Shown here: positions 1 through 9,792 of the stretch, one piece after another
Numbering within the stretch: the first letter of the stretch is position 1
Layout: every line of letters starts with the position of its first letter
Assembly (NCBI GenBank): GCA_030593075.1
Contig: JAUVHW010000003.1
Location: 1-43,909, forward strand
Direction: 5' to 3'
Length of the DNA: 43,909 bases
Source of the DNA: Ardenticatenales bacterium
GTDB lineage: Bacteria; Chloroflexota; Anaerolineae; Promineifilales; UBA4811
Notes under the pieces: model-generated
What the model was told of the DNA's origin: nothing
The model's input: the letters and a program-made list of their open reading frames with translations, nothing else
The model's database searches: none
Program-made: the position numbers and the translations under genes

Positions 1-23
1 TCACTGCGAAGCGCTCTGATGCG

Positions 24-554
24 ATGTGGTGTCCTGAGTATCGTGTGGCCAACGCGAAGAAGTATGTGCGCCAATACGATGCAAAGGATAAGCGTTCAGG
101 AAAGACTCGGTGCATGGACTGCGGGACGCCCATCGGGCGTAACGCGAAGCGTTGCCGTGTCTGCGACAACAAGTGGCGTAGTACTCGCTACCGAGGCGAA
201 GGGAGTCCCAATTGGAAACAGGGGCGGATCGTTGATAGGTGGGGCTACGTGCTCATTCGAGTTAAGCCAGGCACGCACAAAGGTGGGTCTGGCGCTTATC
301 GCCGAGAGCACCATGTTGTCTGGGAAAAGGCTCACGGAAAGCCTGTGCCGAAGGGGTGGATCATTCATCACCTCAATGGCATCAAGGACGATAATCGCCC
401 TGAGAACCTGGCGGCGGTTTCTCGCCGAGAGCATCATGTGCGCCACGCCGAACCTTACGAGCGGCGCATCAAGGAACTTGAAGCACGAATTCGCGAATTA
501 GAAGCTAGCATCCATAGCCAAGGCCTGCCGGCAGGTGGGTACGGGAAAGGATAA
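24..554 (+). CDS. HNH endonuclease with N-terminal Zn ribbon (probably 5'-truncated; frame open to window edge)
   Basis: CMDC..CRVC; YRREHHVVWE..IIHHLNGIKDDNRPENL..H motif. Confidence 0.85.
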   Translation: MWCPEYRVANAKKYVRQYDAKDKRSGKTRCMDCGTPIGRNAKRCRVCDNKWRSTRYRGEGSPNWKQGRIVDRWGYVLIRVKPGTHKGGSGAYRREHHVVWEKAHGKPVPKGWIIHHLNGIKDDNRPENLAAVSRREHHVRHAEPYERRIKELEARIRELEASIHSQGLPAGGYGKG

Positions 555-564
555 GGGAAAGTAA

Positions 565-1314
565 ATGGCAGAATCAGGACCCGGCAAGATCAGGCTCTTT
601 AACGAGTTCACGGGGGTCACTTCACTCTTGGCGGATACGGTGGACGTGTTCCCACTTCAGGACTTCTACGCTGGCGGCGAGGGCTTCGAGGATAGCGACG
701 CCGGACTCGCTCCGAGCACCGCCGCACCCTTGAGTGGTGCCGTCTCGCTTGTCGGCGCGGACACTGACGCCGACACGTCGTTCATTGGTACGCATCTATT
801 CTTGGATGTCGGGCTGATGGGGACGCTTGTGCTCGAAGCGCGGGTGCAACTGCCCGACCTCGACACCAAGGAAATCTTCTTCGGGCTTACCAGCATCCTC
901 TCGATTGACGAGCAGCTTGAAGACATCATCATCAATGCGTCGGCCACGGCTGTCACGATGCCAGCCGAACTCTGTGCGTTCTATCTGAGTGACGAACTCA
1001 CAGCATCGGCAACTGAGTGGCACGGCATGTACAACGGCGGCTCCGCCGCTGCCTCAACGACCGTCGCGGACGTGAACCTCGGCTCGGCGTCCGGCCCCAC
1101 TGCCGGCGAGTGGCAGCAACTACGCATAGAGGTGGACACCAACGGGACGGTTCGCTGGTACGTAGATACCGTTCTGTTGCAGACCGTGGTGGGCGCTGTC
1201 TCAACGACTACCAACTTCGCTGTGATGCTAGCCTGCGCGGCTAACACCACCGAGTTGGTCATCATGGAAGTGGACTACCTGAAGGTCAAGGCCAACAGGG
1301 ACTGGACCGTCTAA
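565..1314 (+). CDS. Putative virion structural protein, beta-sandwich/lectin-like (head decoration)
   Basis: Acidic, beta-rich; WQQLRIEVD..VRWYVD concanavalin-like pattern; position in head module. Confidence 0.55.
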   Translation: MAESGPGKIRLFNEFTGVTSLLADTVDVFPLQDFYAGGEGFEDSDAGLAPSTAAPLSGAVSLVGADTDADTSFIGTHLFLDVGLMGTLVLEARVQLPDLDTKEIFFGLTSILSIDEQLEDIIINASATAVTMPAELCAFYLSDELTASATEWHGMYNGGSAAASTTVADVNLGSASGPTAGEWQQLRIEVDTNGTVRWYVDTVLLQTVVGAVSTTTNFAVMLACAANTTELVIMEVDYLKVKANRDWTV

Positions 1315-1326
1315 CTAGCTGAGTAG

Positions 1327-1350
1327 GGGGCGGGGCTTCGGCTCCGCCCC
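1327..1350 (+). terminator. GC stem with C(UUCG)G loop; terminator or mRNA-stabilising hairpin
   Basis: GGGGCGGGGC-TTCG-GCTCCGCCCC just after the stop at 1314; U-tract weak. Confidence 0.6.
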
Positions 1351-1394
1351 ACGCTCCTTATCAGTTGCGGCACTAGCCGCTAAGGAGGATCACA

Positions 1395-2201
1395 ATGGCA
1401 AAGACATCAGCGACCCACAAAGGCTTCCGCCGGAATCACAAAGCCAAGACTCTCGATATTGTTTTCGACGGGGAGACAGCCACAGGCTTCGCCTCTTTCG
1501 AGACTCTGTATGCAGCCCCGACCACAGTTCAAAAGGCCCCGCTAGGGCATGGTGTGACCGACCCTATGGGCGGGAAATGGCGATACTGTAAGGCCGGAGC
1601 AGCTCTCACCAATCCGCTTCTCGCTGCGGGTGGCAATGCAGGGTGGACAAGCATCACCCCTGCGGTCACTGCCGTAGGCGCCCTGGAGATTGCCTACACT
1701 GCCTCCAGTGACGCATCCGCTACGGTAGACCAGTACGCCAACGGGGCGGTCATTATCGGTGCTGCCGCTGCAAATAGGCGGTTCTACCACATCAAGGGCA
1801 ATGATGTAAGCGCGACCACCACAGGTACGCTGCGTCTATTTCACCCTGTGCGATTCGCCATCGCCGGCACCGAGTGGGCGACCATCAATCCCTCTCCCTG
1901 GGCTGATGTGCGAATCCTCTCCACTGCTTCAACCAAGATGAGTGCGTGTTGCATGCCGCTCCAGCCTGTCGATAGCGGCTCATACTTCTGGGGCAAAACC
2001 AGAGGGCCAGTCTTCGGCACCGTTGCGGCCACCGTTCCTGGTGAGGCTGCCGACGACAGAGTAGTAGTCTTCAACAGTGACGGCGCTTTCATCATGGCCG
2101 ATGAGTCATGGAACGCAGGCAAGTCGGGTCAGGTCGCTGGGTATGTGATGCTTAACACTAACGCCGGTGGAGACCAGGCCATTTGGTTGCAGCTTGAATA
2201 A
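1395..2201 (+). CDS. Putative capsid cement/decoration protein
   Basis: Strong SD AAGGAGG; GKWRYCKAG and YFWGKTRGP motifs typical of cement-like proteins. Confidence 0.55.
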   Translation: MAKTSATHKGFRRNHKAKTLDIVFDGETATGFASFETLYAAPTTVQKAPLGHGVTDPMGGKWRYCKAGAALTNPLLAAGGNAGWTSITPAVTAVGALEIAYTASSDASATVDQYANGAVIIGAAAANRRFYHIKGNDVSATTTGTLRLFHPVRFAIAGTEWATINPSPWADVRILSTASTKMSACCMPLQPVDSGSYFWGKTRGPVFGTVAATVPGEAADDRVVVFNSDGAFIMADESWNAGKSGQVAGYVMLNTNAGGDQAIWLQLE

Positions 2202-2500
2202 TGAGCATCGATATCGGCATTGTGGTTGTCAGTGAGGCGACCCCTTCGGGGAGCATAAGCTCTGATCCATCAATGAACGACTGGCTTTGGCTAAAGCCGA
2301 GCACAGGAGCATTCCACAACTATGATGGCGCTACGGGTCAGTGGGTGGAGGTAACACACCTCCACCCCAGCCTCGGCGACATTGAGTTTACAGGCACCAT
2401 AACTGCTGGCGGCGAGTTGGGCCTGACCGGCGAATACGAAGGCACGTTCAAGAAGATCAAAGTCGTAGACGGCATCGTTACCGAGTTGGAACTGGAATAG
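2201..2500 (+). CDS. Hypothetical virion protein
   Basis: TAATG-coupled ORF, beta-rich. Confidence 0.6.
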   Translation: MSIDIGIVVVSEATPSGSISSDPSMNDWLWLKPSTGAFHNYDGATGQWVEVTHLHPSLGDIEFTGTITAGGELGLTGEYEGTFKKIKVVDGIVTELELE

Positions 2501-2503
2501 GAA

Positions 2504-2653
2504 GTGACAGTACGAGTCCGCCAGCCAAAGCGCCCCGGCGAATCTGAGCCCGACTTCAGGAAGCGCGAGGAGCGCTACTGGGTACAGGTGCATCGCGACG
2601 AGGCTAGGCTGCTAGCGGCGCGGGAGCGCCACGCGAAACGGATGGCCAGGTGA
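2504..2653 (+). CDS. Small hypothetical protein (49 aa, MTVRVRQPKRPGE...)
   Basis: GTG start fills the gap exactly; GTGA overlap with next gene; not in ORF track. Confidence 0.5.
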   Translation: MTVRVRQPKRPGESEPDFRKREERYWVQVHRDEARLLAARERHAKRMAR

Positions 2654-3111
2654 AGATCGTCACTGACCACGTGCGACCCGACGAACCGGCGCACGGCTTG
2701 CGGGAAGGCGTGCGCCTGATGCCCATGCCGGACGGCAGTACGCAGCGCCGCTGGGTCCAGTCGATCTGGGTGATTCGCGGGGACGCGATAGCCGAGTACA
2801 CGGAGGACTTCGGGCCGGCGCACCGCTTCGAGGGCGATGTGATAGAGCTGGTTATACCGAGCTTCGGCGAGAACTCTGTGGCCCAGCTTCAGGAGCATGC
2901 CGAGAAGAACCGGCACGATCACCACTGGGCGCGGCGACGCGAGGAGATGATGGTCGAAAGCACTCTCATCGAGGATCACGTGGCACAGCTAGAGCGGAAC
3001 CGAGCTATCATCCGCAACCGGAGCCTGATCGGCCCGAATGTCCGAGTGCAACGCAACGGCTATTCGCAAGAGGCGACGCAACGCAAACTGAAGGAGCAAA
3101 CGCATGGTTAA
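2650..3111 (+). CDS. Hypothetical protein
   Basis: Coupled ORF with phage-like codon usage. Confidence 0.7.
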   Translation: MKIVTDHVRPDEPAHGLREGVRLMPMPDGSTQRRWVQSIWVIRGDAIAEYTEDFGPAHRFEGDVIELVIPSFGENSVAQLQEHAEKNRHDHHWARRREEMMVESTLIEDHVAQLERNRAIIRNRSLIGPNVRVQRNGYSQEATQRKLKEQTHG

Positions 3112-3778
3112 CCCGACCGCAACCGCCCAGCGAGCACAAGAAGTCCGCGACCTGAAGACACAGGTGGCCGAGTTGGCGGGAGAGAGCGACCAAGAGATCG
3201 TCTTCAAGGAGACCTCGCCGCGCAAGAAGATGGTGCCGATCTTCTCTATGGTGGACGGCGAGCCGCTGAGCATCCCTGAGGCGCAGATGGAACGGATACT
3301 GGGCAAGCCGCTGCCGGGCGGGGGATTCATGTTCACGTCACATCAAGAGGAGGCGCCACCGTACATTCGGGGCAAGGTCAAGTGCTTCCTACACGAGGAG
3401 AGCCCGGAGCGCGAGATGCTGAAGCAGATCGGGCTGGGTGGCAAACGCTGCCCCGCGGCCGGCTTGGCCAGCGGCTTCTCGAAGCGCATCCACGCGCAGC
3501 ACCGGCACCACCAGGAGTGGGAGGCGCTTCAGGAATATCTGCGTGAGGGCAGGGAAGAGACGCAGCGCGACCAACAGAAGCAACAGACAGACGCGATGAT
3601 CCGGCTCGCCGACAACGCGCAGGCGTCGGAGCCAGTGTTCACGCTGGGCACCGCGACTGCGAGCGCTGACACGCCAGAGGAGCAGGCCGCAGATCCGATG
3701 GTGTCCTGTGATCACGAAGACTGTGCCTACGAAGGAAGTAGGAGTCAGGTGCAGGGCCACCAGTCAGCACACAAGTAA
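3104..3778 (+). CDS. Hypothetical protein with C-terminal C2H2-like Zn finger
   Basis: SD AAGGAG; CDHEDC-x11-HQSAH; internal CFLH..C..HAQHRH. Confidence 0.7.
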   Translation: MVNPTATAQRAQEVRDLKTQVAELAGESDQEIVFKETSPRKKMVPIFSMVDGEPLSIPEAQMERILGKPLPGGGFMFTSHQEEAPPYIRGKVKCFLHEESPEREMLKQIGLGGKRCPAAGLASGFSKRIHAQHRHHQEWEALQEYLREGREETQRDQQKQQTDAMIRLADNAQASEPVFTLGTATASADTPEEQAADPMVSCDHEDCAYEGSRSQVQGHQSAHK

Positions 3779-3789
3779 GGGGGCGCAAC

Positions 3790-4248
3790 ATGGTACGACT
3801 CGGCAAGAACCTAGGTGCGCAGCTCCTGAACGGCCCTGCGCTCATCACGAAGACCATCACTTTCACTGCCGCTGGCACGGGCCTCCAGGGTGCGAGTACG
3901 ACCATCTTCACGGTAACAGGTGAGGTGCTCGTGGAGTCGGTGTCGGGATTCTGCACAACCTCGCTGGAGGAGAGCGCAGGAACGCCGGCCTTGATACTCG
4001 GCGTGGTGGGTAGCACCGCGCAGTTCATTTCCTCTACGACAGCTACGGCTATTGACGCTAATGAATTCTGGGTAGATGCGACTCCCGATGCCTTCGCAAT
4101 TGCGCTCCCCGCTAAAGTCAAAGAGATACTTATCACCGCGAACATTGCCTGCGAAGTCGGTGGCTCGAACAACATTAGCGCTGGAGTCATCCGCTTCGAT
4201 TTGTGGTGGCGGGCGCTGAGTCCGAATGGGCTAGTAGTGCCCGCCTAG
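3790..4248 (+). CDS. Putative virion structural protein
   Basis: Thr/Ala/Gly-rich beta protein upstream of the adaptor. Confidence 0.6.
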   Translation: MVRLGKNLGAQLLNGPALITKTITFTAAGTGLQGASTTIFTVTGEVLVESVSGFCTTSLEESAGTPALILGVVGSTAQFISSTTATAIDANEFWVDATPDAFAIALPAKVKEILITANIACEVGGSNNISAGVIRFDLWWRALSPNGLVVPA

Positions 4249-4257
4249 GAGCTGCTG

Positions 4258-5514
4258 ATGGCCACCACCACGCTGCAAGCCATCCGCGAGCTGATGATCG
4301 ACCGCTACGAGCTGGGCCGGCGGGGCACGGCTACGGCGATCTCCTCCACTGCGATCACGGATGATGTGCGCTTCGGTGGTCACAGCGCCGCGGAGGACAT
4401 CATTCCCGGCTGCTACGTGCGCATTACAAGTACCGGTAGCGACGACACCGGCACGTCGGATGAAGTAGTCACGCGCCTCTCTAGTCAGCCTGTTCGTACG
4501 ACGGGTGTGATGAAGGTGGATCCCGACATCACGGGCACGCCGAAAGGCGACGAGACCTTCGAGCTTCTGTTCAAGCCATTCTCCTATAGTGACCGCTTCG
4601 GGATGCACGACCGTATCAACGAGGCTTTGCAGATCATCCCGGAGAAGCTGATGGTGCCCATCACGCTGGTGACGGACGGCGACATGCTCGCGAGCGGCGT
4701 GACGACTTGGGGCACTGTGAGCAACGCTGCCGCGGCGAAGAGTGCAGCCTCCTTTCCTTACGGCCTGCGGGAGCTACAAGTCACCAACTCCGCTGCGGCC
4801 GGCTATCTACCCTCTGCAGCTATTCCTGTGGACTTTGACTCCGGCTACTACCTGGAAGCCACGGCGCGGGTGACGGACGCGGTAGCGACCGCCACGGCGC
4901 GGCTGCGCTGCGTTGACCTGATAAGCAACGTATTCCTGACTGTGGATAACGATAACACCACACAGCAAGAGCCCGAAGTGCTAGCTAGTACCGTGCAGAC
5001 TGGCAGCGAGACCGAGCGGGTGCAGATAAACTGCGGCGCGGACGAGAACAGCGTCGTGACTCTCTGGTCCAACGTCATCTTCCTCAAGAACGGCCTGCGG
5101 GAGTTCACCGTCCAGGACCGCGCTGAGGTAGACCGGCTGGGTAAGCTGTTCGTGGCCACTCGCAACACCTGGGGCCGTAGGGACTTCCTGGAGATAGGGG
5201 GCGCCCCTGAGCAGCTAACCGAGGGATTATGGCGCTGGCAGGTCTCTGAGTACGTCTCTGGGCGCTCTGTGTGGTACGAGGAGTTCCGCAAGGCGGCGAG
5301 CCTGAGCGCAGACGCGGATACTACCAGCGCTCCGGTAGAGCATGTCGCCGCGATCGCAGCCGAGCTCCTGCTGCAACCTCTGGCCGATCAGGATGAGTGG
5401 CGTGCGCGCTACTTCCGGGCTGCCCGGGACTCGGCTGAGGCCAGGGATAAGTACGAGCCGCAACGCACCTACGTCAATCGCGCAGCCAAAGATGTCCCGC
5501 TACCACTCGTCTAG
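4258..5514 (+). CDS. Putative head-tail adaptor (tail tubular A-like) with inserted carbohydrate-binding-like domain
   Basis: MATTTLQAIRE start, DRINEAL helix, LSADADTTSAP C-terminus, central DGDM..W beta-sandwich; synteny. Confidence 0.55.
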   Translation: MATTTLQAIRELMIDRYELGRRGTATAISSTAITDDVRFGGHSAAEDIIPGCYVRITSTGSDDTGTSDEVVTRLSSQPVRTTGVMKVDPDITGTPKGDETFELLFKPFSYSDRFGMHDRINEALQIIPEKLMVPITLVTDGDMLASGVTTWGTVSNAAAAKSAASFPYGLRELQVTNSAAAGYLPSAAIPVDFDSGYYLEATARVTDAVATATARLRCVDLISNVFLTVDNDNTTQQEPEVLASTVQTGSETERVQINCGADENSVVTLWSNVIFLKNGLREFTVQDRAEVDRLGKLFVATRNTWGRRDFLEIGGAPEQLTEGLWRWQVSEYVSGRSVWYEEFRKAASLSADADTTSAPVEHVAAIAAELLLQPLADQDEWRARYFRAARDSAEARDKYEPQRTYVNRAAKDVPLPLV

Positions 5515-5516
5515 CC

Positions 5517-7568
5517 ATGCCAGCGGGAACAGACCCCATCACACTCTTCGCCGGAGGCGATGATGGCTACGGTGATGCGCGAGCGATAGGCCGCAACTCC
5601 TACGCCTGGGCGCTGAACATGGACTGCCGTGGCGTGGGCAAGGCGGCACCGTCTATCACGCCGACGCTTATTATCGCCCAGCTTAGCTCCCCAGCGCCAA
5701 CCATTATCGAGTGGGAGGATGCGAACGGTATCCCGATATTGCTGGTCGCGACTGGGGTGGTGAACTCTACCGGGCGCGTGTTGAAGATCGCGGATAACGC
5801 TGTAAGCACGGACAACTCGGACGCAGGGACGCGCTTCACGGACGCCGTGCTCTTTCGCCATGATGGCAGCGACCAGGACGCCGAGATGGCCTTCTTCTGT
5901 CGGGGCGGTGGCAGCGGCGACGACGTGTTGCGGGGGCGAACAAAGGCGGGTGCCTACAGCGAGAACGATGCAAAGGCAGATCACCTGGCCGTAGTGGGCG
6001 GGGATCTCTGGCGCAGCAAGGGGTATAGGGTATCAAAGCTGACGCTGGACACCGACCCCGACACTGAGAGCAACTGGGCGACGGTCACAACGCCAGTTGG
6101 CAGGCCGACTTATCCAGTGAACAAGATCCTGGACTTGGGCGGCTCGCCACTGATCCTCGCAGGCGACGGCATCTTCAAGTACAACACCGCTCCGAGCGCC
6201 AATCGCTTCGAGAACCAGACGCCATTCATTCACCGCGACAAAGACAACGGCAAGGCCGGGTTCATGGACGGGCGGGGGCGGGTTTACTACGACACGGACG
6301 AGGACTTCCTGGTCTTCACCTTCGGGGCGCTCTCGCAGCAGGGACCGGGGTTGCCCCGCTTCAACACTATTGACCGCAACACACCCTGGGGCCGCATCAG
6401 CGCTCTCACTGCGGACTCCCACCACGTCTATGCTGCGGTGGAACCCGGCGCTGTTAGGACGCAGCAGCTTGGGTTGACCGTTAAAAAGGATCTCAACGGT
6501 TCGTTCACCGATTACACGACGGAAACGACAGACCAGAAGTATAGCACCGAGGCGGACTTTACCGATATCGACTCACCGACTGCGGACTTCATCTACGTAG
6601 GTGCGGATGAGCCTTTCTGGGGTATCTATTTCCAACTAACTTCGGTTGCGACATCTACTACCGAGACGACTCTATTGGCGCAGTATTCTAGGGCGGCTAC
6701 TTTTACCACACTCCTGACGCCTCAGGATTCGACCGCCCGGCTGTTCCAAGACGGCCTGTTTTCTATTACGCCCGGCACGGACATCTTTGCCGGGGGCCTC
6801 TGGGAGAAGCAGACGGTGGACGGGGACAGCAAATACTGGATTCGCCTTACACCGACCGCCAGTACGCTTGCGGGCGTCAAGGCGTGGGCGATTCACATTG
6901 TCCCGTACCGCCCACCCATCGACCCGGACCTGTTTCCCTCGGTCGTAGCGAGAGCGCACTCAGGGGTTATGCCCAAGATACTCGTGGGCACATGGGTAGG
7001 TGAGCGCATCGTCTGGCAGGATACCTGGACCGTCGAGACGAGCAAGATTGAGGCGCTGATCATAGGCCGTGCGACAGCGACGAACAGCACCAGCCTTCGC
7101 ACGCTCTGGACCATCAGCCGTGAGGGCGTGACATACATACCTGTGGGTGGGGACATGCACCCCGCGCGCGCGACGTGGCCGCTGACGCACGGCGCTGCTG
7201 TGCCGCATGCGCTTATGTGCTCCTACCACGACTTCTTCTTGCCGGGGAACATAAAAAGCGTCCCCGGTAAAGTGGTGATACGCGGGCAGTGGCTCCAAGC
7301 TGACGATGAGTTCTGGTTCTACTACCGCTGGGACAACGAGCCGGAGTGGCGGAAGGCTGGCCCGTTCGACAGCGGCTTCCCGGTGGTGCTGAAGGGGCTG
7401 GAAGGCCAGGGCCTCATCCTGCACACGGCGTTTCAGCTAAAGGACGCAACGCGGGACGCGGTAGCCCCGCAAGTGGAGTACATCGGCATCGCGGCGGGCG
7501 AGTGGGAAGACCTGGGGCCGGCGGAAGAGGGCCTGGAGCAGGACATAGAATCGCCGCAGCTCAACTGA
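5517..7568 (+). CDS. Putative tail nozzle/stabilisation protein (beta-propeller, tubular B/gp10-like)
   Basis: 683 aa beta-rich protein directly after the adaptor, podovirus synteny. Confidence 0.55.
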   Translation: MPAGTDPITLFAGGDDGYGDARAIGRNSYAWALNMDCRGVGKAAPSITPTLIIAQLSSPAPTIIEWEDANGIPILLVATGVVNSTGRVLKIADNAVSTDNSDAGTRFTDAVLFRHDGSDQDAEMAFFCRGGGSGDDVLRGRTKAGAYSENDAKADHLAVVGGDLWRSKGYRVSKLTLDTDPDTESNWATVTTPVGRPTYPVNKILDLGGSPLILAGDGIFKYNTAPSANRFENQTPFIHRDKDNGKAGFMDGRGRVYYDTDEDFLVFTFGALSQQGPGLPRFNTIDRNTPWGRISALTADSHHVYAAVEPGAVRTQQLGLTVKKDLNGSFTDYTTETTDQKYSTEADFTDIDSPTADFIYVGADEPFWGIYFQLTSVATSTTETTLLAQYSRAATFTTLLTPQDSTARLFQDGLFSITPGTDIFAGGLWEKQTVDGDSKYWIRLTPTASTLAGVKAWAIHIVPYRPPIDPDLFPSVVARAHSGVMPKILVGTWVGERIVWQDTWTVETSKIEALIIGRATATNSTSLRTLWTISREGVTYIPVGGDMHPARATWPLTHGAAVPHALMCSYHDFFLPGNIKSVPGKVVIRGQWLQADDEFWFYYRWDNEPEWRKAGPFDSGFPVVLKGLEGQGLILHTAFQLKDATRDAVAPQVEYIGIAAGEWEDLGPAEEGLEQDIESPQLN

Positions 7569-7570
7569 TC

Positions 7571-8707
7571 ATGGCTACGCTAGAACAACTAGAAGCGCAG
7601 ATCGCCAGCCTACGAGAGGAAGTCACGCAGGCGAAGCAGATCACATCGCGCCACGGGGACGAGCACACAGGCGAGGGCCTCGACCCGTACAGCCCTCACG
7701 GCAGGAACACGCTACTCCCTATCATCGGTGAGCCGACATACGATGACGTGGAGGACGCCAACACCCTATTCCACTCGGCGGGCTGGTTCTCAGGCGGGGC
7801 TATCTCGGATGTGGGAGGTGGCAACATCACCATCGCTGCCGGTACGGGCGTGCTGCGCTCCGGGGCTACCGCCACAACCCAGCTCTTGTTCTTCGACTGG
7901 CTGGAACTAGCGACCCAGGCTATCACGGCCAACAGCATCCGCTACGTCGGCGTCGAGTACAACGGAGGGGCACCGCAGGCGACGATCCGCACGACTGACA
8001 ACTTCAACCACTTCACGGACTTCGAGCTGGCCATCGTCGTGAACGAGAGTGGAACCCTTCACATCCAGCAGCATGAACACCACGCGGGGGATACTTCTCA
8101 CACGACTATCGAGAGATTCCACCAGACGATGCACATTGAGCGCGACAACCAGGGCGGGGGCCTCATCCTCTCCGACTCTGCGGACGGCAACAACGACATC
8201 GCTGTGACCGCAGGCGCCCTCTGGATAGCGCTGGACAGGTTCGTCATCAGCGCGATAGATACCAGCGGCGCGAGCACCTTCGACGGGTACTCCTCGCAGG
8301 GCAAGGAAGACACGGGCATTGGGGCTTGGCCAAACACACTGTACGACAACGGCTCTGGCGGGACAGGCAGCCTGCAAACGATGGGGAACAACCGCTGGGC
8401 GAACCTCTGGTGGTACATGGAGACGGACGGCGATTTGGTGATGGTCTATGGCTCCAACCACTACGCCTCGGAGGCGCAGGCCGAGGGCGAGGCCCTGCCT
8501 ACTACCTTACCCAACCGCATTCAGGTTCATGGCCTGCTCATCGGGCGGTTCATCTTCCAGAAGGGCGAGGACGCCTCGCAGGTACTGACCGCGTTCACGG
8601 AGACGTTCACTGTCGCAGGTGTCACGGATCACGGCACCCTGGTTGGACTGCCGGACAATGACCACCCGCGGTATCAAACGTGGGCCTTCTTCATGGGGGG
8701 TGTGTGA
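7571..8707 (+). CDS. Putative tail fibre/needle protein
   Basis: Likely start ATG 7571 (MATLEQLEAQIASL coiled coil); DHGTLVGLPDNDHPRY motif; AFFMG end. Confidence 0.6.
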   Translation: MATLEQLEAQIASLREEVTQAKQITSRHGDEHTGEGLDPYSPHGRNTLLPIIGEPTYDDVEDANTLFHSAGWFSGGAISDVGGGNITIAAGTGVLRSGATATTQLLFFDWLELATQAITANSIRYVGVEYNGGAPQATIRTTDNFNHFTDFELAIVVNESGTLHIQQHEHHAGDTSHTTIERFHQTMHIERDNQGGGLILSDSADGNNDIAVTAGALWIALDRFVISAIDTSGASTFDGYSSQGKEDTGIGAWPNTLYDNGSGGTGSLQTMGNNRWANLWWYMETDGDLVMVYGSNHYASEAQAEGEALPTTLPNRIQVHGLLIGRFIFQKGEDASQVLTAFTETFTVAGVTDHGTLVGLPDNDHPRYQTWAFFMGGV

Positions 8708-9030
8708 TGGCCGACGCCTTCAAGAAGCTCGCCCAGGCAGAACTAGCCCAGGCCGCTTCTACGACTACGCTCTACACGGTTCCCGCCGCCACGGAGGCCA
8801 TCATCAAGCACATCAGGGCCGTGAACACAACAGCCGGGGCCGTCACGGTCAAGCTGTGGCATGACGGCACGGCGGACGTGAACCTGATCCTGCCGGAAGT
8901 GGAAATAGAGGCGGGGGCGTGGGGCGAGTTCGATGGCGCGATCCTCATGGAAACCGGAGACACCCTGGTGGGGCAATCCGACACCGCTACCGCCGTCACC
9001 GTCACCGTCTATGGAGATGAGGTGAGCTAG
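8707..9030 (+). CDS. Small tail-associated beta-sandwich protein
   Basis: TGATG-coupled; TTLYTVPA..II..I..N..VTVYG pattern. Confidence 0.6.
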   Translation: MADAFKKLAQAELAQAASTTTLYTVPAATEAIIKHIRAVNTTAGAVTVKLWHDGTADVNLILPEVEIEAGAWGEFDGAILMETGDTLVGQSDTATAVTVTVYGDEVS

Positions 9031-9792
9031 ATGTCCTGGAAGTTCTACACCTCAGATGGGGAAGTCAAGGGCGTTGGTGCTGACGGCCCTACTGGTCCCA
9101 CGGGAGCCACGGGTGCTCAGGGCACTTCAGGCACGGCAGGCACAGGGCCAACTGGACCGACGGGAGCGACCGGACCGACGGGGGCGCAAGGCACATCTGG
9201 TACGGCAGGTACAGGTCCGACAGGTCCGACAGGTCCACAGGGAACTGCGGGAGCCCAAGGTACGGCGGGAGCTCAGGGTTCTCAGGGCACTGCTGGAGCC
9301 CAGGGCACCGCTGGTGCTACAGGAGCGCAAGGCCCTACTGGGCCAACGGGAGCGACGGGGGGGACAACTGCTGGTCCGACGGGCCCCACTGGGGCGCAGG
9401 GAACTGCTGGGAGCCAGGGCACGGCCGGGGCCACCGGTCCAGGGCCGCAGGTAATAGAGTTCGTCATCGACGGCGGCGGGTCAGTCATCGCAACCGGCAT
9501 CAAGGGCGATCTCGAAGTCCCCGGCGCTACTATCGCTGAGGCCCGGCTGCTGGCCGACCAGACCGGCTCCATCGTGGTGGACATCTGGAAGGACACCTAC
9601 GCCAATTACCCGCCCACCAACGCGGACACCATCACCGCCGCAGCGCCGCCCACCATCGCAAGCGGCGTCAAGGACAGCGACGTAACCCTCACTGGCTGGA
9701 CAACGACTCTCACCGCAGAGGACATCTTGAGGTTTAACGTGGACTCCTGCACGACGATCACACGCTGCACGGTGGCGCTGAAGGTGTCGTGA
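9031..9792 (+). CDS. Collagen-like (Gly-X-Y) fibre protein with C-terminal globular domain
   Basis: About 40 [12 protein letters not shown] triplets with short interruptions. Confidence 0.9.
   Translation: MSWKFYTSDGEVKGVGADGPTGPTGATGAQGTSGTAGTGPTGPTGATGPTGAQGTSGTAGTGPTGPTGPQGTAGAQGTAGAQGSQGTAGAQGTAGATGAQGPTGPTGATGGTTAGPTGPTGAQGTAGSQGTAGATGPGPQVIEFVIDGGGSVIATGIKGDLEVPGATIAEARLLADQTGSIVVDIWKDTYANYPPTNADTITAAAPPTIASGVKDSDVTLTGWTTTLTAEDILRFNVDSCTTITRCTVALKVS

Noticed and set aside
1-560. HNH genes as part of group I introns or inteins
   Set aside because: No interrupted host gene or intron core is visible, and terL is continuous; sequence upstream of position 1 cannot be seen
7346-7570. Long upstream extensions in the ORF track (also 12838, 14210, 16525, 26416, 31718, 35388)
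   Set aside because: They overlap upstream genes or leaders; better-supported starts lie downstream
9070-9450. Periodic DNA repeats
   Set aside because: Explained by Gly-X-Y coding
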